From the NCBI GenBank assembly GCA_965279035.1, contig OZ257142.1, positions 3,328,001-3,392,000 on the forward strand: a DNA stretch of 64,000 nt, given 5' to 3'. The position numbers and the translations under genes are program-made. The notes under the pieces are model-generated. The model saw nothing but the letters and a program-made list of their open reading frames with translations, had not been told where the DNA came from and ran no database searches. Below are positions 1 through 9,488 of this stretch, in pieces (positions within the stretch are counted from its first letter, which is position 1; each line of letters begins with the position of its first letter). This DNA comes from Bacteroidia bacterium (GTDB taxonomy: Bacteria > Bacteroidota > Bacteroidia > M30B66).

Positions 1-2148
1 ATGGTGGTGAAATTCAATGCAAATTTGACCACATTGTTTTGGGGTTCTTATTTAGGAGGAAGTTCTCCCGATGGTGTGATGAACTTGGTGCTCGACCAGC
101 AAGGAAATGTGTTTGCTGGCGGTGGAACAACTTCAACAAATTTCCCTAGTAGTTCGGGTGCTGTTCAATCGGCCAATGGCGGTGGACAATGCGATGGATT
201 TATCACAGGAATTCGTCCGAACGGACAAAGTATTTTTGCCTCAACATTTTATGGAGCTGAGTTGTATGATCAGATTTACATTCTAGCCACTGATCGACAA
301 AATCATGTGTATGCCTTTGGACAGACAGAAAAAGGCGGCAGTTTTTATCAAAACAACTTTGGATTCTCGGAACCAAATGGGAAACAATTCATTTCGAAAT
401 TCAGCAATGATTTACAAACCCGAATTTGGTCAAGCAGTTTTGGGAATGGATTGGCGAAGCCAGATATCACACCGAGTGCATTTACTGTAGATATCTGTGG
501 ACAAATATTCGTTTCGGGTTGGGGCGGTGCAAATAATTCATCAGCCAGCGGCGGAACATTTGGCGGAACGAGCGGATTAACAACTACACCTGATGCATTT
601 CAAACATCAACCGATAACAATGATTTCTACCTGATGGTATTGGATGAACCCGATCAAAGTTTGGTTTACGCTACGTTCTTTGGAGGAGCATTGAGTTCGG
701 AACATGTGGATGGCGGAACGAGTCGTTTCGACCGCAAAGGAATTATCTATCAATCGGTATGTGCCGGTTGTGGAGGACATGATGATTTCCCAACAACTCC
801 GGGCGTTTGGTCTAATGTTAATGGCAGTCAAAGTGGTTGCAATAATGCGGTGATGAAATTCGATTTTCAACTGCCAGCAACGGTTGCAAGTTTTACTTCT
901 CCACCCATTGGATGTGCACCATTTACAGTCGATCTGTTAAACAGTAGCAGCTTTGCCACATCGTATTCGTGGTTGATTAACGGTACAGAAATTTCAACCA
1001 GTGAAAACCCCAATTATACCTTCACCAATCCCGGAAACTACACCGTTCAGCTCATTGCCAATAATCCCAATTCCTGCAACGCTGTAGATACATTTACCAA
1101 ACAAATTCGGGTGGTGAATTCTACTCGCGATGTGTTCGATTCACTTTCGATTTGCTATTTGAACAGCGTCGAAATTGGTCCTTCATTTCCTGTTGATCCT
1201 TATTATGAAGTCCTCTGGAATCCTACATCTGGGCTCAATGAAGCCGATGCTCAACATCCACTAGCATCACCTCAACAAAGCACGAATTACATTCTGTATT
1301 TGTCACTTGGAACCTGTGCCGATACCATTGAACAATACGTTAATGTTCGACTTTCGGCTTTGGATGCCGGTCCTGATTTGAATAGTTGTCGCGGACAAAC
1401 TATTGCCATTGGAAAGCCGGGTGATGAATCATTGTATTCTTATTCTTGGTCGCCCGAAACACCCTTGGATACTAACGTAGTTGCGATGCCGCTTGCCAGT
1501 GTGGATGAAACAACGCAGTTTTTTCTGACACGCATTCCGCTCGACACTGCTTTAGGTTGTCCTGGAAAAGATAGTTTGATTGTCAACATTCCGCCAGGTT
1601 CGCCATTGGCAGATTTTGAAACTGAAGTACTTGCAAGTTGTACCGAAGTGAAGGTTAAGATTAGCAATTCCAGCGAAATAGCTGATCAATATTCCTGGAA
1701 TTTTGGAAAGGGAAATTCTTCTGATAATCAAATTGCAAATCCTGATGTTGTTTATCAATATGGCGATACGATTGACATAACACTTATAGCAATCAATCCA
1801 ATTTGCAGAGATACTTTGGAGTTTAAACAACCTTTGAAAGATCTTACAGAGTATTTCAAAATCAATACTTCCAATTCTTTTTCACCCAATGGGGATGGAA
1901 AAAACGATTGCTTTTCACCGGCTTTACAAGATTTACCAGCGCCAGATGATGCTAATTTTTTAAAGTGTAGCACTTTGCGCATTTTCGATCGTTGGGGAAA
2001 ACCACTCTTCGAACGTGTTGAAGCTACAGATGGTTGTTGGGACGGGAAAACTAGTTCGGGAGAAGAATGCCCATCGGGTGCTTATTTCTTTACGTTCGAG
2101 GGACAAGGACAAACTTTGCAGGGTACAGTAGAACTCATTCGAGAATAA
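1..2148 (+). CDS. Secreted SBBP/beta-propeller + PKD protein with gliding-motility-associated (T9SS type B) C-terminal domain; probably 5'-truncated by the window edge
   Basis: Repeated Y(L/F)GG..D propeller motifs, HVDGGTSRFD block, PKD motif (YTFTNPGNYTVQL), C-terminal NSFSPNGDGKND...IFDRWG...WDG; aligns with the internal part of the next gene. Confidence 0.85.
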   Translation: MVVKFNANLTTLFWGSYLGGSSPDGVMNLVLDQQGNVFAGGGTTSTNFPSSSGAVQSANGGGQCDGFITGIRPNGQSIFASTFYGAELYDQIYILATDRQNHVYAFGQTEKGGSFYQNNFGFSEPNGKQFISKFSNDLQTRIWSSSFGNGLAKPDITPSAFTVDICGQIFVSGWGGANNSSASGGTFGGTSGLTTTPDAFQTSTDNNDFYLMVLDEPDQSLVYATFFGGALSSEHVDGGTSRFDRKGIIYQSVCAGCGGHDDFPTTPGVWSNVNGSQSGCNNAVMKFDFQLPATVASFTSPPIGCAPFTVDLLNSSSFATSYSWLINGTEISTSENPNYTFTNPGNYTVQLIANNPNSCNAVDTFTKQIRVVNSTRDVFDSLSICYLNSVEIGPSFPVDPYYEVLWNPTSGLNEADAQHPLASPQQSTNYILYLSLGTCADTIEQYVNVRLSALDAGPDLNSCRGQTIAIGKPGDESLYSYSWSPETPLDTNVVAMPLASVDETTQFFLTRIPLDTALGCPGKDSLIVNIPPGSPLADFETEVLASCTEVKVKISNSSEIADQYSWNFGKGNSSDNQIANPDVVYQYGDTIDITLIAINPICRDTLEFKQPLKDLTEYFKINTSNSFSPNGDGKNDCFSPALQDLPAPDDANFLKCSTLRIFDRWGKPLFERVEATDGCWDGKTSSGEECPSGAYFFTFEGQGQTLQGTVELIRE

Positions 2149-2187
2149 GCTAATTATTTACGTAATTTCGTTGCACGATCGAATCCT

Positions 2188-5100
2188 ATGCAACGTCATT
2201 TTCTTTTCATCTTCCTTTTATTTATTAGTCTTCCCGCGTTTTCGGTTGATGGTTCACACTATCAGCGTTCGGGTTTTATTCCCAACGGAGGACAATGGCC
2301 ATCAGCGGTTAAATACCGAATTGGCATTCAAAACGGAGCGCTTTTTTTGCGTGATGGAGGATTAAGCTATGTGCTTTACGATGGAGAAGCAGTAAAACAA
2401 AAACACGAGCAAGCGCATACACCATCGCTCGCTAATTTGTCGAATAGCATTCGCCACCATGCTGTAAACATGCAGCTTCGGGGCGCAGCGCAAGGCATTC
2501 AACCTGAACAACAAAACGGTTCCGAAACGCGCTATAATTTTTATCATGGTAACGATCGCTCCAAATGGGCAAGTGGCTTACAAGCTTGGAAACAAGTTAG
2601 CTATCCTGAAATTTATCCGAATACCAATTGGGTAATTTACACGAGTGATCACGGAATTAAATACGATTTCCATTTAAAACCTGGTGCTGATCCCAATCTA
2701 ATTCGGATGCAATTTACAGGTGCCGAAAGTGTCAGCATTCGTAACAATACCCTATACATCAAGACCAGTTTAGGCGATATCATCGAGCAAGCACCTGTTG
2801 CATGGCAAGAAGAAAACGGCATTAAAACGATGGTTGGCTGTGCCTTTCATCAATACGAAGATGGCAGTATTGGTTTCGATGTAGAAAGCTATGATCACAG
2901 TCAATTGCTTACGCTCGATCCTCAATTAATTTTTGCTACGTATTCGGGTTCAACCGATGATAATTGGGGTTATAGTGCAACGTATGATAATGCAGGAAAT
3001 GGCTATTCAGCAGGAATTGTATTCGGTCCCAATTTCCCAACAACGACGGGTGCTTACGAAGAAGATTTTGGTGGTGGACAACTCGATATTGGGATTTTAA
3101 AATACACACCTGATGGAAGCAATGCCTTGTATGTTACCTATATGGGTGGTTCGAATATGGAATTACCACATAGTATGATTGTAAATGAATACGACGAATT
3201 GATCGTTTTTGGGACAACCGGTTCGGCCGATTTTCCAATGACCAATGGATCTTATTCAACGGTATTCAAAGGTGGACCATCGGTTAGTTTTGAGAATGGC
3301 TATATTCAAATTGTGAATGGCTTGGATATGTTTGTGAGTCGCTTATCGACTGATGGCAGCCAATTGCTTGGTTCAACCTATGTTGGCGGAACAGGAAACG
3401 ATGGATTTAATGGTGCATTAGCCTTTAATTATGCCGATGAAATTCGTGGCGCACTTTGGGTGGATGGTGATAATAATATTTACGTAGGAACAAGCACTAC
3501 TAGCAACGATTTTCCAGTTACACCAGGTGCAATTCAAGGAACCTATGGTGGAGGAAATCAAGATGGCGTTGTTGTTCGGTTAAATGGAAATCTCTCACAA
3601 TTAGATTGGGCAACGTATTTAGGAGGAAGTGATGATGATGGCATTTTTTATTTAGTGGTTGATGCCGATCAACGAGCTATTGTTACGGGAGGAACTCGTT
3701 CTACAAATTTCCCGACAACAACGGGAGCATATCAAACTACAAACAATGGAAATACCGATGGTTTCGTTTCAGTGATTGATTCTGCAGGAACAACCTTGAT
3801 TGGATCAACTTACATCGGTTCACCTAATTATGATCAGTCGTTTATTGTTGGTGCCGATAAAACAGATTTCATCTACATATTCGGTCAAACACAGGCTACA
3901 GGTGATTTCTACAATATCAATACTGCTATTGGAGTTTCGGGTGGAAATCAATATTTGATGAAATTCAATCCAACCTTAACCAATGTGATTTGGTCGAATG
4001 CGTTTGGAAATGCTTCTGGAGTTCCTGATATAACGCCTACCGCATTGTTGGTGGATTTGTGTGATAAAATATACTGCACCGGTTGGGGCGGAGTCATTAA
4101 TTCCAATTTCCCCTTTTCGGGAACAACCGGACTCATTACAACTCCCGATGCATTTCAAAGTACTACAGATGGAAATGATTTCTATTTGTATGTGATGGAC
4201 AATCAAGCACAAACGCTCGAATATGCTTCATTCTTAGGTGGTCCAAATAGTCTCGATCACGTGGATGGAGGAACAAGTCGTTTCGATCGCAAAGGAGTTA
4301 TTTATCAATCGATATGTGGTGGATGTGGCGGACAGAGCGACTTTCCGGGCATTACTCCCAATTCATTTTCACCAACTAATAATTCATCAAACTGTAATAA
4401 CCTATTAGTAAAATTCGATTTTGAATCACCCATCACGGTTTCTGCATTTGCTAGTATTACCGATCCCATTGGTTGTGCTCCGTATACTGCTGATTTTAGT
4501 AATACCAGTGTAAATGCCGATCTGTTTAGCTGGCGAATTGGAGATACTGAAATATCTACAGCTCCAAATTTCACCTATACATTTACTCAAAGCGGTACAT
4601 ACGAAGTGGTGCTTATAGCAAGCAGTAGTTTAACTTGCAATGGATCAGATACCGTTTCTCTTACAGTAAAAGTTATTTCTGATATTCAAGGAACGCTATT
4701 ACCAATAACAGCATGTGTAGGTGATGAAGTCACTTTAGGACCGGATGAATTTGATGATCCTTATTTTAATTTCCGCTGGAATCCTGGAACAACTCTGAGC
4801 GATTCTACCGTTCGCAAACCAACATTTACAGCCGATACAAGCATTGAGTATTCTGTTGTGGTGAGTGTTGGAACTTGTGTGGATACAATCAGTCAGCAAG
4901 TTACTGTTTATGGTGTAAGTCATGATGCTTTAAATCTTGCCGATGACTGCATTTTCGACTCTCTCGAAGTTGGACCGATTGGAGATTATTCGCCCGGAAC
5001 AACCTTCAGCTGGTCACCTTCAACAAATTTAAGTTCAACTACTGAACAAAATCCATTGGCATTTTTAACAGGCTCTCTCACTTATCAAGTACTAATTCAT

Positions 5101-5937
5101 CGCCCCGAAGGATGCACGGATACTTTAGATGTACCAGTGAATGGACATTGGGACGCGATGGATGCTGGTCCAGATGTGAATGCCTGTGAAAGTCAACCAG
5201 CATTGATTGGATTAGCCGATTCGAGCGGAACATTCTCCTATGCTTGGACTCCTACCGGATTGTTAACCAATGCGAACACGCCCACTCCTTCTGCTTTAAT
5301 TACCCAAGATCAGCAATTTAATGTTGTCCGTTTTCCTCTTCCGGGAAATCCTGCTTGTCCTGCACGTGATTCACTTGTTGTTCATTTAGTGAGTAAACCT
5401 ACAGCCTATTTTAACTATGAATTTCATCCTGAATGCAAAGGAATGAATGTGGCTTTTACCGATTCCAGCTTGGATTATTTAAGTTTAATTTGGGATTTTA
5501 GTAATGGACAAACAAGCACAACAGAAGATCCTTCCGAGTTTTTTCCATTCAATGATACACTTACTGCAACATTGATTGTGAAAAATGGTGAATGTAGCGA
5601 TACCTTGGTTTCAACTGAATACATTGGTGATATCTCCAAGTACTATAAAGAAAACAACTCCAATGCATTCTCGCCCAATGGAGATGGGGTAAACGATTGC
5701 TTCAGTCCAGCTTTACAATTAGCACCCAAACCTTGGGATCAAGCTTTCATTCCTTGTTCCGATTTGTTTATTTACACGCGTTGGGGTGAATTGATTTATT
5801 CTGCCGAAGACAGTGAAGAATCCTGTTGGAATGGTAAGACGGATAAAGGAGACGAAGTTCCCGAAAGTGTTTATTACTTCCGATACCGTTTTGGTAGCAC
5901 CGAACGCGCTGGTTATGTTGAGTTGAAACGTCAATGA
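2188..5937 (+). CDS. Large secreted SBBP/PKD protein with T9SS type B CTD; paralog of the upstream gene
   Basis: Signal peptide, FIPNGGQWP N-domain, propeller repeats, PKD domains, NAFSPNGDGVND...YTRWG...WNG C-terminus. Confidence 0.88.
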   Translation: MQRHFLFIFLLFISLPAFSVDGSHYQRSGFIPNGGQWPSAVKYRIGIQNGALFLRDGGLSYVLYDGEAVKQKHEQAHTPSLANLSNSIRHHAVNMQLRGAAQGIQPEQQNGSETRYNFYHGNDRSKWASGLQAWKQVSYPEIYPNTNWVIYTSDHGIKYDFHLKPGADPNLIRMQFTGAESVSIRNNTLYIKTSLGDIIEQAPVAWQEENGIKTMVGCAFHQYEDGSIGFDVESYDHSQLLTLDPQLIFATYSGSTDDNWGYSATYDNAGNGYSAGIVFGPNFPTTTGAYEEDFGGGQLDIGILKYTPDGSNALYVTYMGGSNMELPHSMIVNEYDELIVFGTTGSADFPMTNGSYSTVFKGGPSVSFENGYIQIVNGLDMFVSRLSTDGSQLLGSTYVGGTGNDGFNGALAFNYADEIRGALWVDGDNNIYVGTSTTSNDFPVTPGAIQGTYGGGNQDGVVVRLNGNLSQLDWATYLGGSDDDGIFYLVVDADQRAIVTGGTRSTNFPTTTGAYQTTNNGNTDGFVSVIDSAGTTLIGSTYIGSPNYDQSFIVGADKTDFIYIFGQTQATGDFYNINTAIGVSGGNQYLMKFNPTLTNVIWSNAFGNASGVPDITPTALLVDLCDKIYCTGWGGVINSNFPFSGTTGLITTPDAFQSTTDGNDFYLYVMDNQAQTLEYASFLGGPNSLDHVDGGTSRFDRKGVIYQSICGGCGGQSDFPGITPNSFSPTNNSSNCNNLLVKFDFESPITVSAFASITDPIGCAPYTADFSNTSVNADLFSWRIGDTEISTAPNFTYTFTQSGTYEVVLIASSSLTCNGSDTVSLTVKVISDIQGTLLPITACVGDEVTLGPDEFDDPYFNFRWNPGTTLSDSTVRKPTFTADTSIEYSVVVSVGTCVDTISQQVTVYGVSHDALNLADDCIFDSLEVGPIGDYSPGTTFSWSPSTNLSSTTEQNPLAFLTGSLTYQVLIHRPEGCTDTLDVPVNGHWDAMDAGPDVNACESQPALIGLADSSGTFSYAWTPTGLLTNANTPTPSALITQDQQFNVVRFPLPGNPACPARDSLVVHLVSKPTAYFNYEFHPECKGMNVAFTDSSLDYLSLIWDFSNGQTSTTEDPSEFFPFNDTLTATLIVKNGECSDTLVSTEYIGDISKYYKENNSNAFSPNGDGVNDCFSPALQLAPKPWDQAFIPCSDLFIYTRWGELIYSAEDSEESCWNGKTDKGDEVPESVYYFRYRFGSTERAGYVELKRQ

Positions 5938-6620
5938 TGCATCTCAGCAAAGACGAGCTTTTAGGGAAAATAGATCAATCGAAACACCACGAGTTTGTTT
6001 GTCTACCGCTTGCATTTTGTGATGAAGAACATGCTCATTTTTTACGAAACGATGCAGCCAAGGCCTGGATCATCTTGCACGAAGCAGCTAAAAAAGATGG
6101 ATTGGACTTGAAGGTGATTTCATCCACCCGAAACTTCGAAAGACAAAAGCAGATTTGGGAAAATAAATGGTCGGGCAGAACTTTAACGAACGGACGAAAT
6201 CTAGCCGAAGGATATTTATCAGCCGAAGAAAAAGCACGATTGATATTACGCTTTTCAGCTATGCCGGGCACCTCGCGCCATCATTGGGGAAGCGATTTGG
6301 ATATTAATTCGGTGGAAGAATCCTATTTCGAAGAAGAACGTGGCAGACTCGAATATGCTTGGTTATGCCGCTATGCCGGTGATTTTGGTTTTTTTCAACC
6401 TTATTCCGAAAAAGGAATTGCTCGCCCAAATGGTTATGAAGAAGAAAAATGGCATTGGAGTTTTGCACCATTGTCTGTTCCGTTTTTAGAATCGTTTCAA
6501 AAGCAAATCGTGCATACAGATATCAAGGGATTTTTAGGTGCCGAAACAGCATCAACATTGAAGGTTATTGAAAATTACGTTTGTGGAATTGCTTCACCAC
6601 ACTTTCCACTGAATTCATAA
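5934..6620 (+). CDS. M15B family D-Ala-D-Ala carboxypeptidase (VanY/LdcB-like)
   Basis: SSTR, PGTSRHHWGSDLD (SxHxxGxxxD) and EEKWHW zinc-binding motifs; ATGA overlap with upstream stop. Confidence 0.85.
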   Translation: MMHLSKDELLGKIDQSKHHEFVCLPLAFCDEEHAHFLRNDAAKAWIILHEAAKKDGLDLKVISSTRNFERQKQIWENKWSGRTLTNGRNLAEGYLSAEEKARLILRFSAMPGTSRHHWGSDLDINSVEESYFEEERGRLEYAWLCRYAGDFGFFQPYSEKGIARPNGYEEEKWHWSFAPLSVPFLESFQKQIVHTDIKGFLGAETASTLKVIENYVCGIASPHFPLNS

Positions 6621-6658
6621 TTGCTTTTATTTATTCTGCTTCTTGATACAAGCTTTCC

Positions 6659-6666
6659 TAAATTTG
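6659..6666 (+). promoter_or_regulatory. Bacteroidota -7 promoter element (TAAATTTG) for miaE
   Basis: Matches TAnnTTTG and ends 4 nt before the ATG. Confidence 0.6.
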
Positions 6667-6670
6667 CCCC

Positions 6671-7258
6671 ATGCTCCGATTGAAAAAAGATACCGATCCA
6701 CGCTGGGCATATCTAGCAGGACAAGACCTTGAAGAAGTCCTTACCGACCATGCCTTTTGCGAACAGAAAGCAGCTTCAACCTGCATTTCGCTGATTGTTA
6801 AATATCCCGAATATCCCGAATTGGTAACGGAAATGAGTGCATTAGTACGTGAGGAAATGGAGCATTTTCAACGTGTACACGAAATCATCCTCAAACGTGG
6901 AATGAAACTCGGTCGCGAACGCAAAGATCCCTACGTGAACGAATTAGCGCAGTTTATCAGCAAAGAAGGTGATCAAAATAAATTGCTGGTCGATCGTTTA
7001 CTTTTCTCTGCTATGATTGAAGCGCGCAGCTGCGAGCGATTTCGTGTGCTAAGCGATAATATTGAAGACGAAGAATTAGCCGCTTTTTACCGCGAGTTGA
7101 TGGCAAGTGAAGCAGGACATTACACTTTATTCCTTCAGTTTGCCCGCAAATATGCGAATCCCAATGTGGTAGATGTAGATGCTCGCTATCAACAATGGCT
7201 CGATTACGAGGCTGAAGTGATTAGTCGCTACGGGAAAATCGGACAGATACACGGGTAA
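6671..7258 (+). CDS. miaE: tRNA-(ms2io6A) hydroxylase MiaE
   Basis: DHAFCEQKAAS, EEMEHF, IEARSCERF, SEAGHY di-iron motifs. Confidence 0.93.
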   Translation: MLRLKKDTDPRWAYLAGQDLEEVLTDHAFCEQKAASTCISLIVKYPEYPELVTEMSALVREEMEHFQRVHEIILKRGMKLGRERKDPYVNELAQFISKEGDQNKLLVDRLLFSAMIEARSCERFRVLSDNIEDEELAAFYRELMASEAGHYTLFLQFARKYANPNVVDVDARYQQWLDYEAEVISRYGKIGQIHG

Positions 7259-7263
7259 ATATC

Positions 7264-7324
7264 AATTACGAATTTTCAATTACGAATTACGGATTGGGAA
7301 TTACGGATTACGGATTGGGAATTC
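7264..7324. repeat. Heptamer tandem array (ATTACGA/ATTACGG) after miaE
   Basis: aattacgaattttcaattacgaattacggattgggaattacggattacggattgggaattc. Confidence 0.8.
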
Positions 7325-7410
7325 ATATATCAAGGTTGATTTGAAATTACTTGCAAAATCTATATTCAACTCAATTAACGTGTTGTTTGTTTTAAACTAA
7401 AAGAAAATAG

Positions 7411-7446
7411 TCCCTCTCCCGAGGAGAGGGATATAGGGTGAGGTCA
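7411..7446 (-). repeat. REP-like palindrome (CCTCACCC...CCCTCTCC-loop-GGAGAGGG family), copy 1
   Basis: Reverse complement tgacctcaccctatatccctctcctcgggagaggga matches the copy at 24140-24178. Confidence 0.8.
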
Positions 7447-7572
7447 ACGCCGGCTAAATTAATTGCAAGAATATAGTATTAACTATCTATAGTTAAGAGT
7501 TTTCATAAAGCAAAAATTCAATTTCATACCACTCAACTTCATGGATTCCGGTTTTAGTGTATTTTTAACGCT

Positions 7573-9420
7573 ATGAAAATCCGTGTATCCATTTTACTGC
7601 TGCTTTTTTGGGGAAGCATACGTATTCAAGCTGGTGAATCTAAGAATACAATTACGCGCATTGATCCTGCATTTTGGTGGGTGGGAATGCAAAATCCAGA
7701 ATTAGAATTACTCGTTTATCATCCTGGAATTGGAGCGGGAAAAGTTACGCTCAACTATCCGCAAGTGGAATTGAAAAGCGCTGTTCCTGCGGAGAATCCC
7801 GATTTTATTTACCTCACGTTAATCATCAAAAAAGAAGCAGCTGCTGGACTTGTTCCCATCGATATTCAATTGGGGAAAAAGAAACTGCATTATAACTACG
7901 AACTCCGCGCCCGTAATGCCTCTCAGAAAAAAGCAATGGGCGTTAATTCCTCCGATTTCATCTACCTCATCATGCCTGATCGTTTTGCCAATGGTGATTC
8001 GAAAAACGATGTCGTTGTTGGCATGAACGAAACTGCTCTCACACGTGATTCCATGTTTTATCGTCACGGTGGAGATATCCAAGGAATTATCAATCACCTC
8101 GATTATCTGCAAGACCTTGGTTTAACAGCACTTTGGATCAATCCCGTTCAGGAAAATAACGAAGTCAAAACATCCTATCATGGTTATGCCATAACCGATC
8201 ATTATAAAATCGACCCGCGCTTGGGTGATAATGCGCTTTACCTAAAACTCGTTCAGGAACTTCATAACCGTGGGATGAAAATGGTGATGGATATCGTTCC
8301 CAACCACATTGGAATTCATCATTGGTTGTTTCAGCACATGCCTTCGAAAGATTGGATGAATCAATGGGATAACTTTACTAAAACTTCCTACCGCGCTCCT
8401 ACGCTGCTCGATCCGTATGCATCTAATTTCGACCGAAAAAAATTCAACGATGGTTGGTTCGATCAGCACATGCCCGATCTGAATCAACGAAATCCACATG
8501 TGGCCAAATACCTTACTCAAAGCTATATTTGGTGGATCGAATATGCCGGTGTAGATGATTTTCGGATTGATACCTATGCGTATTCTGATCAAGCCTATAT
8601 GTCGGAGTTTTCGAAAGAGCTACATAAAGAATATCCCAAGCTTAATTTATTTGGAGAAATCTGGGATCATGGTGTAGGCATTCAAGCATTTTTCACTGAA
8701 GGATTTCGCGATCGAGGAAATTTCAATTCTGGACTCGATGGTGCTGTTGATTTCCAATTGTATTTTGCCCTAAATGATGCACTCACCAAGCCTTTTGGCT
8801 GGACCGATGGATTGGCTCGCGTGTATTATGTTTTGGCTCAAGACATCCTTTATAAAAATGCAAATCGAAACGTGACCTTTTTGGATAACCACGATTTGAG
8901 TCGTTTTTATTCGGTTGTTGGAGGAGATATTCGAAAATTTAAAATGGGAATTGCTTTCCTAATGACCATGCGTGGTATTCCATCGATGTATTATGGAACA
9001 GAGATTCTTATGAAAGGATTTGCCAATCCGGATGGACATGTTCGCAGCGATTTTCCGGGTGGATGGGCAAGTGATGCAAAAAACAAATTCAAAGCACAAG
9101 GCAGAACTGAAGAAGAAAATCAAGGCTTTGATTGTGTTCGGAAATTGGCGCAATGGCGTAAAGCAAATCCGGTTGTACAAAGCGGAAAATTAATGCAATT
9201 TGTTCCAGAAGAAAGTGTGTATGTGTATTTCCGATATGATGATTCTAAAACTGTTATGGTTATTTTGAATGCCAACGAAACAGCTAAAGAAATCAAAACG
9301 GAACGTTTCCAAGAACGCTTGGGACACAAAGAAACAGGACTCGATATTTTAAGCAAAGAAACAATTCCATTAAGCACGATAAAACTCGATGCTTGGGGCG
9401 TGAAAGTATTGGAATTTTAA
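7573..9420 (+). CDS. GH13 alpha-amylase / neopullulanase (SusA-like cyclomaltodextrinase)
   Basis: Signal peptide, Cyc-maltodext N domain (RIDPAFWWVGM), YLIMPDRFANG, DIVPNH, FRIDT, GEIW, FLDNHD catalytic regions. Confidence 0.9.
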   Translation: MKIRVSILLLLFWGSIRIQAGESKNTITRIDPAFWWVGMQNPELELLVYHPGIGAGKVTLNYPQVELKSAVPAENPDFIYLTLIIKKEAAAGLVPIDIQLGKKKLHYNYELRARNASQKKAMGVNSSDFIYLIMPDRFANGDSKNDVVVGMNETALTRDSMFYRHGGDIQGIINHLDYLQDLGLTALWINPVQENNEVKTSYHGYAITDHYKIDPRLGDNALYLKLVQELHNRGMKMVMDIVPNHIGIHHWLFQHMPSKDWMNQWDNFTKTSYRAPTLLDPYASNFDRKKFNDGWFDQHMPDLNQRNPHVAKYLTQSYIWWIEYAGVDDFRIDTYAYSDQAYMSEFSKELHKEYPKLNLFGEIWDHGVGIQAFFTEGFRDRGNFNSGLDGAVDFQLYFALNDALTKPFGWTDGLARVYYVLAQDILYKNANRNVTFLDNHDLSRFYSVVGGDIRKFKMGIAFLMTMRGIPSMYYGTEILMKGFANPDGHVRSDFPGGWASDAKNKFKAQGRTEEENQGFDCVRKLAQWRKANPVVQSGKLMQFVPEESVYVYFRYDDSKTVMVILNANETAKEIKTERFQERLGHKETGLDILSKETIPLSTIKLDAWGVKVLEF

Positions 9421-9437
9421 AGCATAAATTTAAGCAT

Positions 9438-9481
9438 AAAAAAGCCCCGTCAACGATAGCTGACGGGGCTTTGCTTTTTTT
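9438..9481. terminator. Bidirectional intrinsic terminator
   Basis: A-run, GCCCCGTCA/TGACGGGGC stem and T-run between convergent genes. Confidence 0.85.
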
Positions 9482-9488
9482 CCGAATC

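Noticed and set aside
5934-6620. Vancomycin resistance locus
   Set aside because: No vanH/A/X/R/S genes; M15B peptidases are ordinary cell-wall enzymes.
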